Part shown: positions 10,621 to 23,684 of the stretch, one piece after another
Layout of the letters: each line of letters opens with the position of its first letter
Position numbering within the stretch: position 1 is the first letter of the stretch
Assembly: GCA_951804945.1 (NCBI GenBank)
Contig: OX638151.1
Location: 63,984,001 to 64,048,000 of the forward strand
Direction: 5' to 3'
Origin: Podarcis cretensis
Taxonomy: Eukaryota
Length of the DNA stretch: 64,000 nt
Notes under the pieces: model-generated
Seen by the model: only the letters and a program-made list of their open reading frames with translations
The model's database searches: none
Told to the model about the DNA's origin: nothing
Made by a program: the position numbers and the translations under genes

Positions 10621-11195
10621 GTACATTTCTTCCATTTATTAACATTCTCAGTGGTTTAATTTTTTTAAAACATTTGAAAGACAGACTTTATTATTAGCAG
10701 AAATTTAAAATGCATGCTAAGAATCACATAATAGCTTAAGTGCTGTTTTAAGAAGATTCAACTGATTTTAGAAGACATTTTTTGCTTTGGCTACTGAAGC
10801 TTGTAGACTACCGTTGGGTGTGGAGTAGTTGCAGAGGATGTACAGGACTTAATGCTTATAGCAGATGAAATATCAAGAAAGAAATGCTTATAAACAAGAG
10901 AAACAAAGGGAATTAGTTGCTCTGATTCTTTACCCTGACTCTCCCCAGCCCCCTCCAGCTCATTTAAACAGAAAGAATAGCTATCTGCACATTTCTTTGA
11001 GGGAGGGCTTCTATATTTTATTCCATTGACACAGCACTTTGACCCTCAAAAGGCTGCTGTTCAGAGTGCCTCCTGACCTTAATGGAGCTACTTGGGGCAG
11101 GGGTGTCTCTGGGCCATGCCACTGTACATAATATGGGTAACTCTTATTTTAGAAGAGTCATAAACTATGGGCACTAACATTTCTATTTATCTTAG

Positions 11196-12101
11196 TTCTA
11201 GGTCTCGGTCTAGGACGTACTCACGATCTCGCAGTAGAGATCGTGTTTATAATAGAGATTACCGCAGAGATTACAGAAATAATAGAGGAATGAGACGCCC
11301 CTATGGCTATAGAGGAAGAGGTAGAGGATATTACCCAGGAGGTGGAGGTAGATACCACCGTGGAGGTTACAGACCTGTTTGGAATAGAAGACACTCTCGA
11401 AGCCCTAGACGAGGTCGCTCACGTTCTAGAAGTCCAAAGAGAAGGTCAGTCTCTTCCCAGAGATCTCGGAGCAGATCTCGCCGATCCTACAGATCTTCCA
11501 GGTCTCCAAGATCCTCTTCATCTCGGTCTTCATCTCCATATAGCAAGTCTCCCGTATCTTCTAAAAGACGTGGGTCATCAGAAAAGCAAGCAAAGAAAAC
11601 GGAGGGAGCTGCTTTACAAGACAGTCCATTAAAAAATAAATCACAAGAGGAGGAAAAGGGCGCATTTGAACATGATCCTTCTGAGGCACTAGATGATTTC
11701 AGTAAATCTGCAGCAGCTTCAGGTGATATTTGGCCTGGCCTTTCAGCATATGATAACAGTCCGAGGTCTCCCCATAGTCCTTCTATTGCTTCCCCACCTA
11801 GTCAGAGTTCCTCATGCTCTGATGCCCACTTACTCAGCACAGTCCACTCAGCAAAAAACACACCTCAGCACTCGCATTCCATTCAGCATAGCCCTGAGAG
11901 GTCTGGGTCTGGCTCCCTTGGAAATGGCTCTAGTCGCTATAGCCCTTCCCAGAATAGCCCGCTGCATCACATTCCTTCAAGGAGAAGTCCTGCTAAAGCA
12001 GTTGCATCACAGAATGCTCCACGTGAGGAATCTCGGATACGTTCTTTTTATCCTGAAGCTGGGGATCAAGAAAGTACAAAGGGTGCAAAATTTCTGAAAA
12101 G
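11196..12101 (+). CDS. BCLAF1: BCLAF1 exon 4 (RS domain)
   Basis: ORF 11167-12105 contains [27 protein letters not shown] and [15 protein letters not shown]; 906 nt, phase 2 to 2. Confidence 0.97.
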
Positions 12102-13365
12102 GTAGGAACCATAACTACAAAAATAAAGATAACATAAATAGTACAGTAAGCATACTTCTTTATACATGTATATTGTGCAATGAAAAGTACCTGAATTTTC
12201 TCTAATTTTATGCTGGTTATACTAAGGTTCTGACTTAGGAATGTATACATGAACTTTTCATTGTTTCTCAGTCAGAGCTGTAAATATACGTTTTCATTAG
12301 TATGTTACAGTGTCTTCATTGGAAGCAATTAAAGAAGAAATATACTGCCGATTAATGTGTATTAACAGAGTCCTGTTATGAGAGTGATTTTCCCATATTT
12401 TTTACAGCTTTAATAAGAGTTGCTCTATCAGTGTTAGGCAGTAGTGCTGAAAGATCCTTTTGTCTTGGTAAAGGAAATACCATTGTGGTGGCCCAGATTT
12501 TTCAAAAGTGCAAGATTGTATCTATCTATTCTACAGTAGAGAAATTGTTAAATTTAAACTGGACATTGGCAACTTTCTAGCTGACAAGGTTCTCACCTTT
12601 GTTTATAATGTATCTGTAGAACTGAACATAGCTGTAACCATTTATGCAATGTTGTGTCTTTTAAAAATGAAATAATCAACCAGTTGGAAATCTGTTTCTC
12701 TGAGCTCTGCAGGATAGATAGTACAATTCTGTTCACTTCTCAATTTACTGAATATATCTTCTGAAATATATTATTTTTTATAAAGGAAAAATTGTTCTAT
12801 TAGCTTAGTAATATATAATAAATGGCATACAAATATCGTAGAAGATTACAAATGAAATAGACTAGGGGGCTAGATGTACTTTTAATATATAGGATAGAGA
12901 CTAAAAACCACATTGTATTGCTTCCGTAACTGCTTTGGCAAATGCCTTGCAATTTATTGTATCCAGATTGTAAGTGTGTTCTACTATGTAAGCAGTGTAA
13001 GAAGACATTTTTATAAGCTTTTTTTGACAGTGTTATATGCTCTGAACTTCTGGAATTAAATGGGATACAGATACTGTATTTGTGCTGAAATGTATTTAAG
13101 AAAAATATTGTTTTGTAAAAGAGAGCAGTTTTCTTACAAAATAAAATAGGCACAGAAGTACAGGAACTTGTGCAAGAAATAGCTAAAAAATCTGAAGAGC
13201 CACTGAAGAATCTCATCAGTCAATATATAAAAAACATTATAATTGTATAATTAAATTTGTTTGCTTTGGTACTCATTTTGTGGAGTTGGGATGCCATAAG
13301 GATAAATGCTACAAACTGAAATGAAAGCAGTTGGGAGTTATTCTTCTCTTCTTTGCCATCCACAG

Positions 13366-14034
13366 GTACACAGATGAAGAGTCTAGAGTATACCTGCTTG
13401 AGAGGAGTAATGCTAGGGAGAAAGATGCTCAGAAGGAGAGAGGGCTAGAAAAAGGGAGGACAGAGGGAGAGAGAGAGTGGGAGGACCAAGAAGCTTTGGA
13501 ATATTATATGGATAAAGAATCTGGAAAACAAAAATTTAATGACTCTGAAGGGGAGGACACAGAGGAGACTGAAGATTATAGACAGTTCAGAAAGTCTGTT
13601 TTGGCAGATCAGGGTAAGGGCTTTGCTGCATCTCACCGGAATGCTGAGGAGGAAGGCTCAAAGTATAAATCTAAAATCTCTCTGAAGGCAAACAGAGACA
13701 GTGAAGGATTTAGAGAAGATAAAAGTTACAAGCTTAAAGACACAACTAGCTATGTAGTGGAGAGGCCTAGTGCACTAAAAGATAAGCACAAGGAAGATGA
13801 GAAAGTATCTGAGAGAATGATGAAGAAAGAAACCCAGTCACCTGAGCAGGTAAAGTCTGAGAAGCTCAAAGAACTCTTTGATTATAGTCCTCCCCTGCAC
13901 AAGAATTTGGATGCAAGAGAGAAATCTACTTTCAGGGAGGAGAGCCCACTTAGGATCAAAATGATAGCCAGTGATTCTCATCGACCTGAAGTTAAACTTA
14001 AAATGGCACCTGTACCACTTGATGATTCAAACAG
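13366..14034 (+). CDS. BCLAF1: BCLAF1 exon 5 (including alternatively spliced 5a portion 13366-13887)
   Basis: YTDEESRV...LFDYSPPLHKNLD...MAPVPLDDSNR; acceptor cacag|, donor |gtaatt; 669 nt. Confidence 0.97.
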
Positions 14035-14126
14035 GTAATTATCTGAATTTGTAACCGTTTTCACTTATCCATGAAGGAATTGCTTTTCATAAATTTTTGT
14101 TCTTCTTTTTGTGTTATGCACTTTAG

Positions 14127-14296
14127 ACCTGCTTCCTTGACTAAAGACAGGCTGCTTGCTAGTACACTTGTCCATTCAGTCAAGAAGGAGCAAGAATTCC
14201 GATCCATCTTTGACCACATTAAGCTACCACAGGCCAGCAAAAGCACATCAGAGTCATTTATTCAGCACATTGTGTCCTTAGTTCATCATGTCAAAG
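14127..14296 (+). CDS. BCLAF1: BCLAF1 exon 6
   Basis: [36 protein letters not shown]...HHVK; 170 nt after a 92-nt intron; phase 2 to 1. Confidence 0.97.
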
Positions 14297-17208
14297 GTAT
14301 GCTTTGAATTTGCCATACAAAGTGAGCATCATATGGCATTAGGAAAGTGATGGTGAAATCAATCCATTGGGAAATTCAGCACTTTTATGTTAATGTAGAC
14401 TTCATGCTTTCCCCTTATGGTTATATATCCTACCATTCAGCATTCTAGGAAATGGATATGTAGATTTTGATGAGTGTTGCATAGTTTTAGAGAAGCTTTG
14501 GCAGATGTTACTTAAATTATTCCTCTTTTCCCTGGATTCACATGAAAAGGAGGAGGAAATGAGATTGAGATTAAAGAGATGTGTAGGACAGAGAGATGGG
14601 AAAAGATGGGGATGATAGAGGTGAGAGAGCAGATAGTGTTAAGAGATACACAGTGAAAAGATGGGGGAAACAGAAATTGAGCTGCAGAGACTCCTGTAGG
14701 TGGGGAGGAAATATTAAAAAGAGGGTTAACTGAGAAAGGTTTGGGTGGAAAGATGAGTGTGTGCTATGATGTACAGAGCAACCTAGTTAGAGATGATTAA
14801 ATAAAGTGCTGGCATAAAATCATAACATTGTGGGAAATATAGTGGTTTCCTAATAAGAAAGTGGCCCTCGGGGTGATTTGAGTTTTGTGCCTCTGGCATA
14901 GGCCAGTCTCTTGCATCTAATTGTGTGCATGTGTATCTGATACAGTTACAACTTGCTGAGATTTCATCTGGTCTTGAATAATTTTGGTTTGCACTACATG
15001 TCAATATAACAGAGAAATGCAGCATAACGTCTTTTTAGTTAAGTCTCCTTGATCCTTACTGTCACACTCCAGTAGGAATTCTGTAGTGACAAATTAAGTC
15101 ATCCTCATGTCTATATGTAGTGGAACTACATGACTAAATAGCCTTGCATAGGTGTAAGTGTTTGTTTTTCAACTTACAGCCAGAAGTTGGGTCTACTGCT
15201 CCAGTGTTAAGGAGCTTAGGCAGTCCATTTATAGCTGGGTAGGCCTTGGATGGTACCCAAAGGGCAGAGATTGGCATGGGAGTGTGAAGTTAGTTGTCCT
15301 TAGTTGTACAGGGCTGAACTTCAAAATCATTAGTTGTTTGGGAATCCAGAGACACACAGCATTGCATAGCCCCAGTGGGCAAATGGAATGCATGCTCCTC
15401 TCCATAGTTGCATACTCTATTTTGAGATGAATATGAATAATGTCATATAAAATCTCCCAGTGTGCCCCCTCCATAGTCCCATGAACTCTCTGAGTGATCT
15501 CCATTGTCATGTGAGTGGACTTCCACTTGCTCAATGGGACTTCCTATTTCTCTTCTCCACCCTGTTGCCCTCTGCAGATCTTCTCTGAAAGGTCTCTGAA
15601 CTATCAAGCAGATTTGAGGGGCATGGGAGCTAAAAGTGGGAAGAGAGGAAGGGGAAGTTTGATTGTACAAAGAAATATATTACACAGTTGGAACTGTAGT
15701 CTTGGATGTTACCCTTTCTGTGCATAGGAGCAGATCTACTAAACACTATGGGTAAGAGCAATCTTATGTCACTTGGAAGTACAGGGGGCACAGACAGACA
15801 TTATAACCCCAGCCTCAGTGCACTGGACCACCTGTAAAGTGAAAGATGGAATGGCAAGTTGGAGGCCAGGCTGTAGCCTAGCTGTTACATGTACAAGGAA
15901 CAGTGCACTGAAGCCAATCTTAGTTAGATTTTAGTGTGTTAGCACTTTTCTTATTTTGTAATTAAACGAGTTGCATTTAAATTAGTTATATTTAAAGCTG
16001 ATTGGGATTGCCTGACTGATTCAAATGATATTCTTCTAGAAATATATATTTAAAGACACCCTGGTTACTAATAGATTTCTAAGTTTCTCCTCAAAACGGT
16101 GATAACTCTTACTTGCTAGCTAGAAAGCTGCTACTTGGTGTAGGCAAGTCCCAAGACCTACCTCCGAATCCAACAAAACAAAACAAAAGCATCTACATAT
16201 GACATTGCTCAGTCACATATTTGAATCAAGCTGGGATTAGAAGGGGAAGATTTTCAGTTGCAGCCAGAGGCATGTTGCTGTGTTTGCAAAACACTAGCTG
16301 AATGTGTTTAAATATAAGTCTAGAGATGTTAGCCATTAGGGTTCCCCCCTGGTGAAGTAGGCATTTGGGAAGAGAACATAGGTAGCTACCTTAATTTTGG
16401 TCAGACTTTTTGTCTACTTAGCCCAGTATGGTTTTGTGTAACAATCAGAGGTCTTTCATGTTACCTACTCTTCTTTTTAACTTGAGAGGCCTGGGATTCA
16501 ATATGGAACCTTGAGCTTGCAAAATATGTGCTTTATTGCTTAGCTACAGTTAATTCTCTTATCTAATGTTACTGATATGTATAGCTGTTTTCCTAACATT
16601 TCCACATGCATATACTTTAGTTTGAATAGTGGGTCTGCCAAATGTATTCATTGGAAGGCACCATCACTCAAGCTCAGCAAATACCAACTGCAGGACATCT
16701 TGATTAAGGACAGATTTTGGGTTGTGTTCAGTGTAGCACTAATGTGAACATTCTGTTGGTGTAAGGATTTCCTTGTGCAATGATATGTTCTTCCCCTGTG
16801 CACCCATGAAATCTGTTCTGGAGTTCCCCCAGCCCTCCAGAGCAGATTTGGGCATGATGGGGGAGAAGAGGGGGTTTCATTTTGCTATTTCAAGAATGTA
16901 GTTAAATACCACCCTAAATTTCCTGCTTTATGTTGCTTTTTCTTGAGGAACAGCTAGTTTTGTTACTATAGTAATAAATCATGAAGAATTTCAAAGATGT
17001 GAATTTGCTGGTGAAAATATTGAAAATAACATAGTATATGGACTGATTGACCAGATCTCTAACAGTTATGCAACATGGGGCACAATATTATAATAAAGTT
17101 ACTGAAAATTCATTTTCTTATGCTTTTATTTCTCTCACTGTACTAACTTAGATGTTGCTAATTGTTCATCAAGGGAGGAGCAGACAATTGATTTTTTTGC
17201 CTACTATA

Positions 17209-17430
17209 GGATGAGATCCAACATAGCAAGAGCCAGCATTTGTTCTCGTAACAAGCCATCTTCTTCTCCTTCTCTCCCTTGCATGCCCCCAAATCTGCCC
17301 TGGCGAGTTGGGGACCCTTGAGCAGATTTTGGAGCTGCAAGGAGCTGGAGGGTGGAGAAGAGAAACCAATAGTCATATTGCATAAGCAAATTTTCTTTAT
17401 GCAAGTGGGTGTACATCACTGGATGTCTCC
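17209..17430. mobile_element. Old palindromic MITE-like repeat; related degenerate copies at about 15565-15640, 16720-16900, 30650-30820, 55340-55520
   Basis: Shared core CCCCAAATCTG...GTTGGGGA...GAGCAGATTT with decayed inverted arms. Confidence 0.55.
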
Positions 17431-18962
17431 CTTAGAATGAAGTATTTATCTTGGCCTAGATAGAAAGTTGCATTTCTGTATGTCTTGTGTTATATTTGTA
17501 CATCGACTGTAGTTGTCAGCTGATCTTCTAAACATTTTCAATTCATGCCAATTTGAGAACTGCAAAACAAATCTTAATAAGCTTCCCTACCCAGAAAATG
17601 TTTTACCAAATTATGAAATCCCTGACATTATGCTAGCTAAAGAGATCATTTAAATTGAATGGTTCCAGTGAATATATAAAATACACAATTTGACCAGATA
17701 TCACTAATCTGTGACCAAATTAGTGCTGTGTCTAAATCATAATTTGTTTCCAAAGGTATTTCAATCTTTTTACACACTTGAAAAAAACAAAACAAAACCT
17801 GTGGATCGAGTTTTGGTAAAAACATAGTAGTAATTTTACATTATTGGTGCAATGCAGCTAGACTAAACAGCTCTTCACTTTCCTAGAGCTGAAAATGCCC
17901 AGTGATATTTTCTTTTTCATTGCAACTAGGTCCTGGAATGTGTTTTGAAATGGCAAAATCCATATTACAAAAGTAAAATAGCTGTTGAAAGATAACAGAT
18001 GCACAAACAGGCAAAGTTGAACCTTCTATCTTCCTGGCAAAAATGGCACAAAAACTGAGTTGCTAGCTCAAATTCCTGTGTTTGATGGAATTATGATTGA
18101 GGCACTACCCTTGTAGTGGCCATATCAAGTTTTAATGATTGGTTATGAGAGATGTGCTGGATGTTGGGCGGTAAGTTGATACAGATGTACATTGACCTGT
18201 TAAGCGGATAGCTTGCTTTATTTGTAGCATTTAACAGTCCGTTATAATTTTACACGTGTTTCTATTTTACATTTACATTCAAACATCTGTTGAACTGGTC
18301 TTTCAAAATGTAATGTGTGTTACTAATTTAATGGTCTTGGGTTAAAAAAAGGAAACTTTTAAATATGCTACCAAGTTTGCCAAGATGCCAGATGTTTAAA
18401 TATATTCAGCTGTTAAGGTCTTCATTCTGGTCTGAAAAGAAGAAGTTGTGTTTCTTTTAAGGAAAAAACCTCCCATATCTTTATCTTATATATGTTTACT
18501 TAGAAATGAGTCCAAGTGAATTTAAGAGGGCTTACTCTAATATAAATGTATGTAGGGTTACAACATTAATGAAGAACACTTAGCTCTATATCTATCAATT
18601 AATTAAATAACCAAAGAAGCTCTCTTTAAATTTGTAATATTTTCCTCTACAAATACAGCAATGTATTCTGCTCTTCTGGGCACAAAGCAAAAATGTTTGG
18701 CAAAAAGAACTGTATCCGGCATTAAAAAGTTACGTTTTTTGAATTCGTAGTCGTACTGGGCAGAGTGTATGTGTAGAGAAAATTGTAAAATAAAATGGTT
18801 ACCTGTTGCTGTACTTTAAGAAAGATCTGGGGACAAATGTTATTTTTGTGTCTTGTATATTTTAAGAATTCATTTGCTTCTTTTACATCCTTGTTTGGTA
18901 TTATATATATGTCTGTGTGTGTGTAGTGAAATTAGACAGTATTTGTCCTCTGCAACCAACAG

Positions 18963-19068
18963 AACAATATTTCAAGTCAGCTGGAATGACCCTAAGTGAG
19001 AGGTTCACTGCTTATCAGAAGTCTACTGAAGAACATAGCACCCGACAAAAGAGTCCTGAAATACACAG
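18963..19068 (+). CDS. BCLAF1: BCLAF1 exon 7
   Basis: EQYFKSAGMTLSERFTAYQKSTEEHSTRQKSPEIHR; 106 nt, phase 1 to 2. Confidence 0.95.
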
Positions 19069-19879
19069 GTGCAGTATTACATAATTTTCTCTGCTTCTTG
19101 CTGAGCTGAAATACTAGTTACTCTCCAAAAGATAAGTAACTTCTTAGTGAAACAACAAGTTCCTTATGGAGAAGAAATTATTGGGGGAAATCGCCAGATC
19201 AGATGTGATACATACTTAATTGTTAAAGTCTGGTGATAATAAAAAAATGTTTCATGAATTGAAAATGTTTCTGTAACAGGACACACTCCTGACTGGGTTT
19301 TTCTTTCTTTCAAAAAGGCAGGAGGTTGGAGATCTGAAAGTGGGGAATTTAACATGAATCCCTTGTCATGGTTACTTCCTCTTGAGGTTTAGATTTCCCC
19401 CCTGTGAATGGATGGAGACCTATTGAAATGGGTCACCCCTGAAGACTAATGGGGGCTCTGTAGGACTTCTGGTATGTTTGGCCCTGCTGTTGAAGCCTTA
19501 GTTGCTCTGTAGAATATGGAGATGACTTGGCAGTTGACATCATAGTGCCCAGGTGTCCTTCTCCTTAGCAGAACCTGGGCAGCATTTTGGTATATAGCTA
19601 TACTGATACCTGTTTCTGGGGAAGAAGCGGGATATTATTATGGTTATGGTTATGGTGAGGGCAATTAAACAAGATGGGAGACAGCTTAAATACAGAGAAA
19701 TGAAGACTTGTGCTGAGACCTGATCATTATATTGAGATTATTCTGTGGGAGTGTTGCTGCTAAATTAAAAAATTATGTTCACCACTGTATTCTCAGTGTT
19801 ATTTAGCTGAACCTTTCCAGATGTATAAAGGCCTGTTTACAGTGCAGTTCTGAAAGGAAAGCAATAGGAATACCACAAT

Positions 19880-20405
19880 GAGATATATATGGAGTTGCCT
19901 TAGAAAACAGTCCAAAAAATCCAGCTGGTTTAAAATAGGACAGAAAGAACACCAATGCTTTGTTAACTGCACTGACTCCTAGTCAATTTCTGGGCCCAGT
20001 GTTGGTATTGACTGAAGATAGTCTCCTCCCGTGTAGATGTACCTGGACCCCAAGATCATCTTCAGAGGTCTGTCTGTAGGTGCTCCCACTCAATGAGGTG
20101 AGGTGGGTGGCCACTGGGTAAAGGGTCTTTTTAGTGGTGAGGCCCCAGTTGTAGACTGTTATCTCCAAAAAGGTTGTGGTCTTTTTGGTGCCAAATGAAT
20201 ACTTTTTTATTTTCAAATGTCATTTAGATTTAGTGTATTTTTAAGTTCTGTGCACTATTGTTGTTTTCTGATGCTGTTTTAATTGATTAATATTTTATGT
20301 CTTTCTTCTATTTTTACATTTCATAGCTTAACTTCTATATGTAAACTGCCCAGAGAATTTTTTGTTTATGGGCAGTATAGAAATATTGTAAGTAAATCAA
20401 TAAAT
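19880..20405 (+). mobile_element. Degenerate L2 LINE 3' fragment
   Basis: Decayed ORF2 C-terminal sequence and L2-type 3' end TGTAAACTGCCCAGAG...TGGGCAGTATAGAAAT...AATAAAT. Confidence 0.65.
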
Positions 20406-21375
20406 GCTTCATTCAGTTTAAATGGTAATTGTGTATATTGGCAGGACCAGCACAAAATTTCCTGGTACCTTAGGGCACAGCCAGCACTGCTTCCCAGTGT
20501 ACCATTCCCATGGCAGCCAGCAAATACCTTTTAAATTTAACAGTGTACTACTTTTAAACTTTAAACTGCTTACTCTTCCTTAGAACAAGGCTGGGTGACC
20601 CAGTTCCAGTTAAAAGCCTTGTAGGAACTCTTTGAGTGCTAAATAGAAGGATGACCAGACTGAGGGACAGTGTGTGAATATGCTACTCTTCTCAGTCTGC
20701 CATCTGAAGAGAAGGTCTCAGTATAGCTAATGGATGGGCTGGGCCTGTTGGGGAGGGGATACGAAACTTTATGGCCAGGATACAAAGAGCAAAGGGAACT
20801 TTATGTGCTTTTTCCATAGCTATCCTCTGTACTGTATCACAAACTGTATGTAGTTACAAAAGTACATACAGTGCAATTGCTCAAAGAGAATTGGAATTCT
20901 CACTGGGGCTTTCTCTGATATACAGCTCTTTGACTCAAGGCCTAAGTTTGCAAAAAGTTAAATAGGATATAAAACATTACTCCCTAACTCTAGCTATGTG
21001 TGTTTAAGTGAATGATGATACCTGTCAAATGAACTACAGATTTTGTTTTTCTCTGTGTGGAGTTGCTATGTCTGTGTATTGTTAATGTAAAAAGGCTTTG
21101 AATTTTCTAGTTTGAAATTGCCCCTGAAAGAATATGTTGCATTATGTGGTTTTTGAATACTGCTGTTGGTTTAACTTCGTGGAAATGTGTAGCTGTTGCT
21201 ATTTTGATTTGACTGGTAGGTCTATGGGTTTTATTCTTGAGATGTATCTGTACTTTTAAATGGGTTCAATTTTAGACTGCACAATGGCACTTCTTCTTTT
21301 GTGTTTCCAGTTTTCCACTTGACAGAGATGAATGTTGGCAGCCATAATTATTACTTTTAAAAATCTTGCATTTAG

Positions 21376-21460
21376 GAGGATTGACATCTCTCCAAGTGCC
21401 CTGAGGAAGCATACCCGTTTAGCGGGAGAAGAGAGAGCCTTTAAAGAAGAAACTCAGAAA
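21376..21460 (+). CDS. BCLAF1: BCLAF1 exon 8
   Basis: RIDISPSALRKHTRLAGEERAFKEETQK; 85 nt, phase 2 to 0. Confidence 0.95.
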
Positions 21461-22264
21461 GTAGGTTCTAAATTGATATTCTTAATTTTAGTTTTGGTTT
21501 AAAGCATCCAAGCCCTTTATCCCAGAGGCATGTTTTACAAATTGTGCTTTTATCATTTTATGTCTTAAGTGATAATAGGTCTGACCTAGTTCTGATCATT
21601 TTCAAAGGATGCAGTGGAACAGTTTTGTGTAATCTAATTGTGACATTTTATCACTTTAACACAAAAGGATTACTGTACTTTTTGTTCTTAGAAAAATAGA
21701 CAATGGATTCTCTGAATTTGCTTAATTCTCGAATTTGCCAGTCGCACTAAAGTCTTTCACTCTCAGGAGCAGTTTTTTTTTCTTTTAAGTGGGGGTGGGT
21801 GGGGGTGTGATATCCAGAAAGCCCTGTTTCACGAGTGGTATCCTATCTCTGGCTTCAGTCCATTAATTACCAATGTTATCCACGAAGGATGTAAAATAAA
21901 CTTTTCTTTAGACTGTCCTAGTAATTGTTAAAGATGTTGTTATATTGAAGTTTTGTTCCTGGATAATACTTGAAAGCTTCTTTCAGGTCTGCTTTCTTTT
22001 TGTAAGAGTAACTTTTCAGTCCCACACTCTTCTGTGAAAGATCATTCTACTAAATGTGCAAAAGAGCTATTGGGAAAGGGAATATCGCTTACATAGCTGG
22101 GTAACAATGGAATCCTATGCCTGTTTATTTAGATGCATTCCCACTAGGTTCATTATGATTTACTTACAGGAAAGTATGTATAGGATTGCATGCCAAGAGG
22201 TTGATTTCCTATTTCATTCTCTTAAGGGTTTTTAATACTAAAACACTGCACATTTCTGATCCAG

Positions 22265-22440
22265 GGAGATAAAAAATTAAAGTGTGATGCTGCAGATCTT
22301 CGACATGACATCGACCGTCGTAGAAAAGAAAGAAGTAAAGAACGAGGAGACTCTAAAGGTTCCAGGGAATCCAGTGGATCAAGGAAGCAGGAGAAAATTC
22401 CAAAGGATTACAAGGATTATAAATCTTACAAAGATGACAG
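22265..22440 (+). CDS. BCLAF1: BCLAF1 exon 9
   Basis: GDKKLKCDAADLRHDIDRRRKERSKERGDS...YKDD; 176 nt, phase 0 to 2. Confidence 0.95.
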
Positions 22441-22529
22441 GTAAAAGGCTTAGCTCCCATAACTAGGCTTTTAGCTTCTAATTAGACTTTTGTAATTATA
22501 AGCTTAATTGCTTTCAGTTATCACTGTAC

Positions 22530-22803
22530 NNNNNNNNNNNNNNNNNNNNNNNNNNNNNNNNNNNNNNNNNNNNNNNNNNNNNNNNNNNNNNNNNNNNNNN
22601 NNNNNNNNNNNNNNNNNNNNNNNNNNNNNNNNNNNNNNNNNNNNNNNNNNNNNNNNNNNNNNNNNNNNNNNNNNNNNNNNNNNNNNNNNNNNNNNNNNNN
22701 NNNNNNNNNNNNNNNNNNNNNNNNNNNNNNNNNNNNNNNNNNNNNNNNNNNNNNNNNNNNNNNNNNNNNNNNNNNNNNNNNNNNNNNNNNNNNNNNNNNN
22801 NNN
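22530..22803. other. Assembly gap (274 N) in BCLAF1 intron 9
   Basis: Run of N. The flanking exons join in frame, so no constitutive coding exon needs to be hidden in it. Confidence 1.
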
Positions 22804-23503
22804 TTTACTGACATGTAGGCTTAATGTGGGAAAGGGGGGTGAGAGTTATTTCCCCCCCTCAAGACAGATAGTGGGCTCAGAGGAACAGGTTAGTCTTTAA
22901 TAAAGCAACTTACTCAGTGTGAACTTGTAGCAGTGATAAGAATTACTTCAGGTATATCTACCTTTGGGGATTTGTATTATATTCTATAAAAACTGTAAAA
23001 TCAATGCCAAATGTATTTGCTTTGGGGAAATTGAATGTGAAGATCATATTTTCCTGCTCTTACTTACATAATAATGGATTTACTTGCACTTTCTGTTTAC
23101 TTTCTTACACTGATGTCCATACAACCATCAGTTGCTGATTATTTCTGCACCCTGGGTTTATATAGCAAAAAGGCAATATCAATTTTTGCTTCTTGGTAAG
23201 ATGTACAAAATAAATGAAATAGTATCACTTTAGAATTTTAACTTTGGGGATTTTCCCCTACCTTTTATTCTCTCTTCCATTGTAAAGCATGCATATATAT
23301 TTAAATTAGTTTGCTGGCTAATAAGTTCTCCTTGTTAGGTGCTATGAGCCATTAGCTGTTAAAGAGTTATAGATGGAAACTGGATAGTGTAATAATACTG
23401 CACGTTAGATTCAAACAAGAAAAGAGGATAGCTTCTATGGGCACGGAACATAAATCCTATGTATAGGATGCTACAGCAAACAGTATGGTTTCTTATTTTT
23501 CAG

Positions 23504-23684
23504 TAAACAAAAAAGAGAGCAAGACCGTTCTCGATCTTCCTCAACTTCCTCCCCATCTTCCTCCTCATCCAGTTCCCGAGAAGAAAAGGACAGCAAGAAA
23601 GAAAGAGATGAAGAATTTAAACCCCATCACGAGCAGAAAGAATACCCAGGTTTCACAGGAGTTGGAAGACCTAGAGGCACATTT
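23504..23684 (+). CDS. BCLAF1: BCLAF1 exon 10
   Basis: SKQKREQDRSRSSS...GVGRPRGTF; 181 nt, phase 2 to 0; donor |GTGAGT. Confidence 0.95.

Noticed and set aside
10444-10635. Minus-strand ORF with DLDLELD repeats
   Set aside because: Antisense shadow of the BCLAF1 RS-repeat exon.
11303-12097. Overlapping alternative-frame ORFs (109 and 134 aa) in BCLAF1 exon 4
   Set aside because: Explained by RS/Ser codon bias in the +1 frame; no independent evidence of translation.
21011-21127. Possible C/D box snoRNA (ATGATGA ... CTGA) in BCLAF1 intron 7
   Set aside because: No terminal stem and no recognisable rRNA/snRNA antisense element.
22508-22900. ORFs spanning the N run
   Set aside because: Artefacts of the assembly gap.
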